The notes under the pieces were generated by a model, which was given only the letters and a program-made list of their open reading frames with translations, did no database searches and was not told the origin of the DNA. DNA of 25,862 bases from Chlamydiota bacterium (GTDB taxonomy: Bacteria; Chlamydiota; Chlamydiia; Chlamydiales; SM23-39): the NCBI GenBank assembly GCA_037129625.1, contig JBAXUO010000001.1:1-25862 (forward strand), in the 5' to 3' direction. This document shows, piece after piece, positions 17,566 to 23,932 of the stretch. Position numbers and translations under genes: made by a program. The stretch's first letter is position 1; each line of letters starts with the position of its first letter.

Positions 17566-18918
17566 ATGGGTAGAATCTTTGGGATATGGTTAGCTGTTAT
17601 TTCAGTGGCGTGGGCGGATGAAGAAATGGAAGTAGCTCTTTCGACGGAAAGTGTTTTATTTCCGACATATGTGGCTGCAATAGAAAATAAAGATCAAAGT
17701 TTTTCTTCTTTATATGTTGAATCTTTAGAAAAGATTTTACAATTTGATTTGAAATATGCAGGGTACTTTTTTTTACTTCCTAAAGAAGAGGCTAAAGAGA
17801 AGGTGTTATTGCAAGACAAAGAAGGATTTCGCTCGGTACTTTGGAATAAAAAGTTATGTATGTTTGTGATGAAACCTGCGATTGTTCAAAAAAAGCTCTC
17901 TTTGCAGGTATTTCTTGTTGAATCTAAAGGAATAAAAAAATTTTCTGAAATTTCTCTTTCAGGCGTTTTAAGTAAGGATCGAAAAAAGATCCATCAATTA
18001 ACGGATACATTGATAGAGGGTGTTTTACAGAAAAAAGGATTTGCTCTTGCAAAAGTTTTGTATACTGTGAGAACACCGGTGCAGGGTCAAAGTAAGAAGT
18101 GGATTTCTGAGCTTTGGGTATGTGATTATGATGGGGCGAATGGGGTTGCCTTGACACGGGAAAACAGTTATTGTGTGCATCCGATTTTTTTTCCTAGAAA
18201 AAATTCTTCGATCCATGAAATTTTATATGTGTCATACAAAACGGGTCAGCCGAAGATTTATCTTTCTTCTTTAGAAAAAGCAGAGGCTACTACGTTTGTT
18301 TCTTTACGGGGAAATCAATTAATTCCCTCTCTATCCCCAAATGGAAATAGGTTAGCATTTATTAGCGATGCGGCCGGGAGACCCGATCTTTTTGTGCAAA
18401 AATTGGATAGCGATGGAAAATGTTGTGAGAAACCGATACAACTTTTTTCTTTTCCTAGAGCCACGGAGGCTTCTCCCTCTTTTTCTCCGGATGGGGAAAA
18501 GCTCTCATTTGTATCGGATAAAGATGGATCTCCGAGGATTTACATAATGAAAATTCCTGAAAGTAATTCATTTAAAACTCCGTATGTACAAGTAGTTACG
18601 AGAAGAAATAAAATTAATGTGACGCCTGCTTGGTCTCCTGATGGAACAAAATTAGCATATAGTGCTAAAACTAGTGATATATACCAGATTTGGATCTATG
18701 ATTTTGTTACGGATGAAGAATGGCAGTTGACAAAAGGTCCTGGAAATAAGGAGAATCCTTCTTGGGCGCCTGATAGTATGCATGTGATTTATAACACCGA
18801 AGATGCGGGTTCTGCGGAACTGTATATGACAAATTTGCATCAAATGGAATCGGTGAAAATTATGACTGCAGGAGGTGGAAGAAAGCGTTTTCCTTGTTGG
18901 GAGCCTGCAAGAAGGTAA
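17566..18918 (+). CDS. tolB: TolB beta-propeller protein
   Basis: Signal peptide; PD40 repeats (PSLSPNGNRLAF, PSFSPDGEKLSF, PAWSPDGTKLAY, PSWAPDSMHVIY); DYDGAN motif. Confidence 0.93.
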   Translation: MGRIFGIWLAVISVAWADEEMEVALSTESVLFPTYVAAIENKDQSFSSLYVESLEKILQFDLKYAGYFFLLPKEEAKEKVLLQDKEGFRSVLWNKKLCMFVMKPAIVQKKLSLQVFLVESKGIKKFSEISLSGVLSKDRKKIHQLTDTLIEGVLQKKGFALAKVLYTVRTPVQGQSKKWISELWVCDYDGANGVALTRENSYCVHPIFFPRKNSSIHEILYVSYKTGQPKIYLSSLEKAEATTFVSLRGNQLIPSLSPNGNRLAFISDAAGRPDLFVQKLDSDGKCCEKPIQLFSFPRATEASPSFSPDGEKLSFVSDKDGSPRIYIMKIPESNSFKTPYVQVVTRRNKINVTPAWSPDGTKLAYSAKTSDIYQIWIYDFVTDEEWQLTKGPGNKENPSWAPDSMHVIYNTEDAGSAELYMTNLHQMESVKIMTAGGGRKRFPCWEPARR

Positions 18919-18938
18919 AGTAAGATTATGAGGTGTTT

Positions 18939-19631
18939 ATGAAAAGAATAGTAATGTTGTTTGTTATTTGTACTAGCTGTTTCTTCCTGAGTACAAGTTG
19001 TAAAAAATCGGGAAGTCCGAGCACTTGGGATAAAGTGAAGACTGCCGGAAGGCATATGAATCGAGGGATCGATCATATGTGTGGAAAACCCTATGATTCC
19101 TGTCAGTTAGCTAGTGACGATGAATTTTTAGGGCCTGTAAATGAGGAGTATATTCCTTTAAGTGATGAAGATTTGAAAATGCAATATCAACTGAGTGATG
19201 CTGCTTACCCGCAACCTAAATTTTCTCCCGGAGAAAATGGAAGTGGAATTCCTAATTTGCAAAACTTTCAAGCTCCATCGGCGCAGTTATCTTCAGTATT
19301 TCAAACGATTCATTTTGAGACAGATGATCATATCATTCGGAATCGACATGATGTAGCGCTTATTCAAAGAATGGCGAATTTTTTGAAAAAACATTCCAAT
19401 GTATATGTTTGTATTGATGGGCATTGTGATGAAAGAGCGACGGCTGCCTACAATATGGCTTTGGGAACCAGACGTTCGAATCAAGTACGTGTTCTTCTTA
19501 TAAAGAATGGGGTAGATTTTAATCGTATCTACACAGTTTCTTATGGGAAGGAAAAGCCTATTGCTTTAGGACACGGTGATGAAGCTTGGAAAGAAAATCG
19601 TAGAGCAGAATTTAAAATTTATGAGAAATAA
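18939..19631 (+). CDS. pal: Peptidoglycan-associated lipoprotein Pal (OmpA-like domain)
   Basis: Lipobox LSTSC; OmpA C-domain IHFETD, IDGHCDERATAAYNMALGTRRS, SYGKEKP, NRRAEF. ATG 18939 follows GAGGTG. Confidence 0.93.
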   Translation: MKRIVMLFVICTSCFFLSTSCKKSGSPSTWDKVKTAGRHMNRGIDHMCGKPYDSCQLASDDEFLGPVNEEYIPLSDEDLKMQYQLSDAAYPQPKFSPGENGSGIPNLQNFQAPSAQLSSVFQTIHFETDDHIIRNRHDVALIQRMANFLKKHSNVYVCIDGHCDERATAAYNMALGTRRSNQVRVLLIKNGVDFNRIYTVSYGKEKPIALGHGDEAWKENRRAEFKIYEK

Positions 19632-20302
19632 TGAAATATAGTATTGCGATTTGTTTATTTGGGCTGATGTTGTACGCTTGCTCGCCTTTGAAATCTTCTC
19701 CGAAAGAGGAAAGGCTGCAAGCGGAACTATCTATGCATGAAATGCAGACTACTTTGGATGATTGTAAGCATGATCTTCATTGTTTGAAGGCGGATTACCA
19801 AATTATGGAAGGTCGAATTCAACATGAAGAAAATCTGGTTAGCACGATGAAAGAAGAGTTTTTGCAGAAGTTGCAAGTTAAACTCGATCAGCTTGCCAAG
19901 CAGGTGCATGAGATGGATCTGAAAGTAGTGCAAAATGAAAAGTTGAAAGAAAACGTATCAAAAGATGTGGTACAGCTTTCGACTCATGCTAACGAGACAT
20001 CTAATGCTCTTTCTCAATATAAAGAGAAGATCGATGAGTTAGAAAAAGCACTTCTTGTGCAAAATAAGAAGCTCGAATCTTTGACAAAGGTTAAGGGCAC
20101 TTTAGAGTCTATTGCGAAATCGATGAAGACTTCTTCTCATCGGGATTCCTCCTATACTACATATCGGGTGAAGCCCGGAGATTCTCTTGAGAAGATTGCA
20201 AAGATCAATAAGGTTTCAATAGAAGCTTTAAAGAAGAATAACCATCTTCAGCAAGACTTGATTGTAGTAGGCCAGGAGCTACAAATTCCCGTGACGGAGT
20301 GA
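19631..20302 (+). CDS. Lipoprotein with a long coiled coil and C-terminal LysM domain
   Basis: Lipobox LYAC; heptad-rich region of about 140 aa; LysM YRVKPGDSLEKIAKINKVSIEALKKNNHLQQDLIVVGQELQIP; start overlaps the pal stop. Confidence 0.88.
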   Translation: MKYSIAICLFGLMLYACSPLKSSPKEERLQAELSMHEMQTTLDDCKHDLHCLKADYQIMEGRIQHEENLVSTMKEEFLQKLQVKLDQLAKQVHEMDLKVVQNEKLKENVSKDVVQLSTHANETSNALSQYKEKIDELEKALLVQNKKLESLTKVKGTLESIAKSMKTSSHRDSSYTTYRVKPGDSLEKIAKINKVSIEALKKNNHLQQDLIVVGQELQIPVTE

Positions 20303-21102
20303 ATGTGCGAACCAAAAGCATTGGAATATTTGATTCGGGGATTGGCGGTCTGAGTGTTTTTAGACAGGTCGTAGAGTTGCTTCCAAACGAGAGTGTGATC
20401 TATTTTGGAGATACAGCTAGGGTGCCTTATGGGAACCGAGATCCTGAAACGATCATTCAGTATGCTATGGAGTGTGCTGATTTTTTGGTTTCTCAAGATG
20501 TGAAGATGCTGGTTGTCGCCTGTAATACCATTTGTGCGTATGCATTTGAGGCGTTACAAAATAGGTTTTCTCTTCCTATTGTGGGTGTGATTGATTCGGG
20601 TCTAAAAACATTATTACAGACTACAAAGAATGAAAAGGTGGGGATCTTGGGTACAACCGCAACGATTTCCTCTGGTATTTATCCTCGAAAGATTGGAGCT
20701 TGTAATCCACAGATTCAAGTGCACTCTGTTGCTACGCCTTTATTTGTTCCTTTGGTTGAAGAGGGGTTTATTGAGCACAAGGCAGTGGATTTAATTGTTG
20801 AGGAGTATTTGTCGGCTCTCAAGAAGGAAAATATCGATTCGATATTACTAGCCTGTACCCATTATCCTTTTTTACGCAAGGTGATAGAAAAGTGTGTAGG
20901 AAATAAGATTGTGGTAAAGGATGCTAGTGAAGCTTGTGCGATAGAAGTTTCTCATGAGTTAGTTAAAAGGGGGCTTGCTACAACTGCAACAGAGGCTCAT
21001 TATCTTTTTTTCGTATCAGGGGAAGCGAAAAAATTTCAAAAGATGGGAGAGAAGTTTTTAGGTAGGAATATTGAATCGATTCAAGAAGTTACCTTGCCTT
21101 AA
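20299..21102 (+). CDS. murI: Glutamate racemase
   Basis: IGIFDSGIGGLSV, YFGDTARVPYG, catalytic VACNT and LACTHYP motifs, GILGTTATI. GTGA overlap with the LysM gene. Confidence 0.96.
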   Translation: MNVRTKSIGIFDSGIGGLSVFRQVVELLPNESVIYFGDTARVPYGNRDPETIIQYAMECADFLVSQDVKMLVVACNTICAYAFEALQNRFSLPIVGVIDSGLKTLLQTTKNEKVGILGTTATISSGIYPRKIGACNPQIQVHSVATPLFVPLVEEGFIEHKAVDLIVEEYLSALKKENIDSILLACTHYPFLRKVIEKCVGNKIVVKDASEACAIEVSHELVKRGLATTATEAHYLFFVSGEAKKFQKMGEKFLGRNIESIQEVTLP

Positions 21103-21239
21103 AAATGATTTTTTTTTTAATCTTATGAAAATAAAAAAGTTCTTCTCGAGTCTTTCCGGACATTTTTAAAAAAATTAAGATGATTTTTTATTGAAGAATT
21201 GGTTGAATAGTAACAGTGCAACAAAGCTCTGAGGTGAAA

Positions 21240-21947
21240 ATGAGTCAAAAAAAGCGTATATTGCTGATTGAAGATGAAGAAGAGGTTGCTTCATTAATTA
21301 AATTGCAGGCTGAAATTTTGGGTTACAAATTACATGTGGAAGTGGATGGGGTGAATGGATTTCGGGCGATTGAAAGAGAAAGGCCGGATCTTGTTATTTT
21401 AGACATTATGCTTCCTGGTCAAAATGGTTTTGACGTATGTCGAAAGGTCAAAAACCATTCGGAGCTCAAAACGATTCCATTGCTCATGTTATCTTCTAAA
21501 GGGGAAGATTTGGATATTATTTTGGGTTTAGAATTAGGTGCTGATGATTACGTTGTCAAACCTTTTTCTGTAAAAGTTTTATTTTCTCGGATCAAAGCTA
21601 TATTGCGTCGCGAAAAAGAGATTCCTGAAAAGAGTCCCAAGAGTCTTTCTTTTGGCGAATTTATGATTGATCTTGATCGATATTTTTTGAAAAGAGCGGA
21701 TAAGAATATTCCTATCACACTTTCTGAATTTGGGATTATCCGACGACTTTTATTGAATCGAGGAAAGGTTCTTTCAAGGGAACAGCTTTTGGATGATATC
21801 AACAATGATGATTCTTTTATTGTAGACCGAAATATTGATGTACATATTGCTTCTTTACGAAAAAAGTTAGGTCCCACATTTCATTGGATTGAAACGGTAA
21901 GGGGAATTGGGTATCGATTTAAAGAGCATGATTTAGAAGTCGTTTAG
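21240..21947 (+). CDS. OmpR/PhoB-family DNA-binding response regulator
   Basis: Receiver domain ILLIEDE...LDIMLPG...MLSSK...GADDYVVKPF; winged helix REQLL...RNIDVHIASLRKKLG...IETVRGIGYRF; GAGGTG RBS before ATG 21240. Confidence 0.93.
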   Translation: MSQKKRILLIEDEEEVASLIKLQAEILGYKLHVEVDGVNGFRAIERERPDLVILDIMLPGQNGFDVCRKVKNHSELKTIPLLMLSSKGEDLDIILGLELGADDYVVKPFSVKVLFSRIKAILRREKEIPEKSPKSLSFGEFMIDLDRYFLKRADKNIPITLSEFGIIRRLLLNRGKVLSREQLLDDINNDDSFIVDRNIDVHIASLRKKLGPTFHWIETVRGIGYRFKEHDLEVV

Positions 21948-21958
21948 GTATTTTAAGC

Positions 21959-21990
21959 AACCCTTCTCTTTTTTCGGGAAGGGTTTTTTA
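21959..21990 (+). terminator. Rho-independent terminator after the response regulator
   Basis: AACCCTTC (21959-21966) pairs with GAAGGGTT (21978-21985), followed by a T-run. Confidence 0.75.
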
Positions 21991-22101
21991 TTGCCCGTAA
22001 ATTTTCCTTTCTGCTTGACCTTTAGCTGGTTACGAAGTTTCTTTAAAAATGTAAGAATTTTGTCTTTAACTTAGTTTTTTATAGTCAAATTGAACATTAT
22101 T

Positions 22102-22124
22102 TATCATATTCTTTCTATATGATA
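22102..22124. promoter_or_regulatory. Inverted repeat, candidate operator upstream of the glycine-zipper gene promoter
   Basis: TATCATAT-N7-ATATGATA perfect 8-bp inverted repeat, 25 nt upstream of a consensus -35. It is very AT-rich, so it may be a chance match. Confidence 0.3.
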
Positions 22125-22149
22125 CAAAAACCATTATATAAAAATTACT

Positions 22150-22178
22150 TTGACAACTTATTTGAAAATGTTTAAATT
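22150..22178 (+). promoter_or_regulatory. Sigma70/sigma66-type promoter for the glycine-zipper lipoprotein
   Basis: Consensus TTGACA (22150-22155), 17 nt, TAAATT (22173-22178); AGGAGG RBS at 22218-22223. Confidence 0.6.
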
Positions 22179-22227
22179 AAGAATATAAGGTAAGTTTTAT
22201 TTACCTATTAAATTCTTAGGAGGAAAT

Positions 22228-22674
22228 ATGAAAAAATGGTTGATTCCCCTATTGATTGCAGGTTTTGTAGTCGTAGGTTGTGAAAATAATAATAAAACAG
22301 CAACCGGCGCTTTAGTTGGTGGCGGTCTTGGAGCTGGTATCGGTGGTATTGCAGGTGGCGGTAAAGGAGCTGCTATCGGCGGTGTTTCCGGTATTGTTGT
22401 AGGTGCTTTAGTAGGATCTGCTTTGGATTCTAATGATCGTAAAGTAATTGACAAGTCTAGTCCGGTTACTGTTGAAAAAATGGATAAAGGAGAGCCTTTA
22501 GCGATCAACGATATTATTAAACTCTCTCAAGGCGGCGTTAGCGATGACACTATTATCCGTTACATACAAGACGGAAAAGTCAAGTATAACCTCTCTGAAG
22601 AGGAAATTAATCGACTCGAGCAAGCTGGTGTCAGCCGAAGAGTGATTAATTACATGATCAATACTGGTCGATAA
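22228..22674 (+). CDS. Glycine-zipper lipoprotein with a duplicated helical C-terminal module
   Basis: Lipobox VVGC; GALVGGGLGAGIGGIAGGGKGAAIGGVSGIVVGALVG glycine zipper; C-terminal repeats INDIIKLSQGGVSDDTII and EEEINRLEQAGVSRRVIN. Confidence 0.85.
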   Translation: MKKWLIPLLIAGFVVVGCENNNKTATGALVGGGLGAGIGGIAGGGKGAAIGGVSGIVVGALVGSALDSNDRKVIDKSSPVTVEKMDKGEPLAINDIIKLSQGGVSDDTIIRYIQDGKVKYNLSEEEINRLEQAGVSRRVINYMINTGR

Positions 22675-22684
22675 TTGAAACGGT

Positions 22685-22727
22685 AAGGTATATTTTGCCT
22701 TTAGCAAAATATACCTTCTTGCTTTTC
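22685..22727 (+). terminator. Terminator-like hairpin after the glycine-zipper gene
   Basis: Perfect 14-bp inverted repeat AAGGTATATTTTGC-CTTTA-GCAAAATATACCTT (22685-22717), followed by CTTGCTTTT. Confidence 0.7.
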
Positions 22728-22747
22728 GAGAAAAATCCCGCTACAAT
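22719..22747 (+). promoter_or_regulatory. Sigma70/sigma66-type promoter for the TPR membrane protein
   Basis: TTGCTT (22719-22724), 17 nt, TACAAT (22742-22747), 23 nt upstream of ATG 22771. Confidence 0.6.
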
Positions 22748-22770
22748 GCAAAAAAAAGTGGGGTTTTTTT

Positions 22771-23805
22771 ATGGGAGCTCGGATTGATTCTTTTCGTTTT
22801 TCAGAAGATAAACAATTTCAAAGGTATAAAAATACCCTTTATCAATTTCAAAAGATAACCAAGTCTTATGCGTTATTTCAGATGGGTTTTTTTTCCCTTT
22901 TTGCATTTGAAATTCTGGTATTCGGACTTTTTTTTCCCTTTTTCACCCAGTCTTCGTTCACTGCGATTATTTTAGGAGCTATGGCTCTTTCTGTTTTCAC
23001 CTATTTTGTTATTTGGTTTTATTTTCAGACTAAAAAACCTATCGATCTTTCTACTTTGCTGGAAAGATTTTTAGAGTCTTGTCGTCAAGTAACGCCATCT
23101 CCGCATGGAGCTGCGGAACACCATCTTTCTATGGCACAATCTGCCCTTCGACTCGTCGCCCATCTTCAAGATTTTGAATATACCTATTATCAGGCCCCTA
23201 CTTGGCTCAAGATATCTTCCGTCTGGGTTCGTAAAATTAGTCATTTTTTTCATCGAGCCGATGTTTTTTCTATGAAAGAAAAACTTCTTATGGCAGCGAT
23301 TGAAGAGCATATTGAGCAGATCAAAGTAACTCCAACCGATTTAGAAGTGCACGCTTCTTTAGCTAACGTCTATGTTCTTTTAGCCAAGTTATATCAAGAA
23401 GCAAAAAAAGAGGGGGATTTTTTCCCAATGCTTCCGAAAAGAAAAGAAGAAATTATTTTGGAAAGAAAATTCCAATTCTCTTCTCAAAGAGCTATAGAAG
23501 AATTAACGATCTTGAGTGATTATGCACCCAGCGATCCATGGGTTCACTCTCAGCTCGCTCAATGTTACCGAACTTTAGGAAAGAAAGAAAAAGAAGCTCA
23601 GCAGTACGAAAAGATGATCAAATTGAGTCCAAATGATAGTGAGATGTATTTTCGGCTCGGAGTTTTATATTTTGAACTAGGTTTTAATGCCAAGGGACTT
23701 CGAATTTTTGAAGAGCTAAAAAAAAGAAACTATCAAAAAATTTCTGAACTTCTTTCTTTTTATGGCTCAGCGCAGCCATTAGAGATGGCCGATTCAAATT
23801 TTTGA
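22771..23805 (+). CDS. Membrane protein with two N-terminal TM helices and C-terminal TPRs
   Basis: Hydrophobic pair near aa 33-85; TPR-like PTDLEVHASLANVYVLLAKLY, PSDPWVHSQLAQCYRTLG and PNDSEMYFRLGVLYFELG. Confidence 0.8.
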   Translation: MGARIDSFRFSEDKQFQRYKNTLYQFQKITKSYALFQMGFFSLFAFEILVFGLFFPFFTQSSFTAIILGAMALSVFTYFVIWFYFQTKKPIDLSTLLERFLESCRQVTPSPHGAAEHHLSMAQSALRLVAHLQDFEYTYYQAPTWLKISSVWVRKISHFFHRADVFSMKEKLLMAAIEEHIEQIKVTPTDLEVHASLANVYVLLAKLYQEAKKEGDFFPMLPKRKEEIILERKFQFSSQRAIEELTILSDYAPSDPWVHSQLAQCYRTLGKKEKEAQQYEKMIKLSPNDSEMYFRLGVLYFELGFNAKGLRIFEELKKRNYQKISELLSFYGSAQPLEMADSNF

Positions 23806-23932
23806 TATGGCTTACCTGTTGGCTTTTTGAAAATACTCCATATTTTTTGCTCTCCGGAGTTGCTAACAATTCCTAAAAATCCTATGAGTTATATAATAGA
23901 ATCGAAGCGTTTGGTCAAAATAGGTTTTTTTT

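Noticed and set aside
22089-22116. dif-like site (minus strand TAATGTTCAAT resembles the XerD arm)
   Set aside because: The XerC arm does not match; it is likely a chance match in AT-rich DNA.
22197-22508. Antisense 103-aa Pro/Thr/Ala-rich ORF
   Set aside because: It is the mirror of the Gly-rich codons (GGT/GGC) of the glycine-zipper gene, which has the promoter, RBS and lipobox.
437-23869. Numerous short alternative-frame and antisense ORFs in the track (e.g. 462..737, 7032..7316, 14722..15126, 16666..17031, 21548..21877)
   Set aside because: They lie within well-supported genes, lack recognisable motifs or RBSs, and read as shadow frames.
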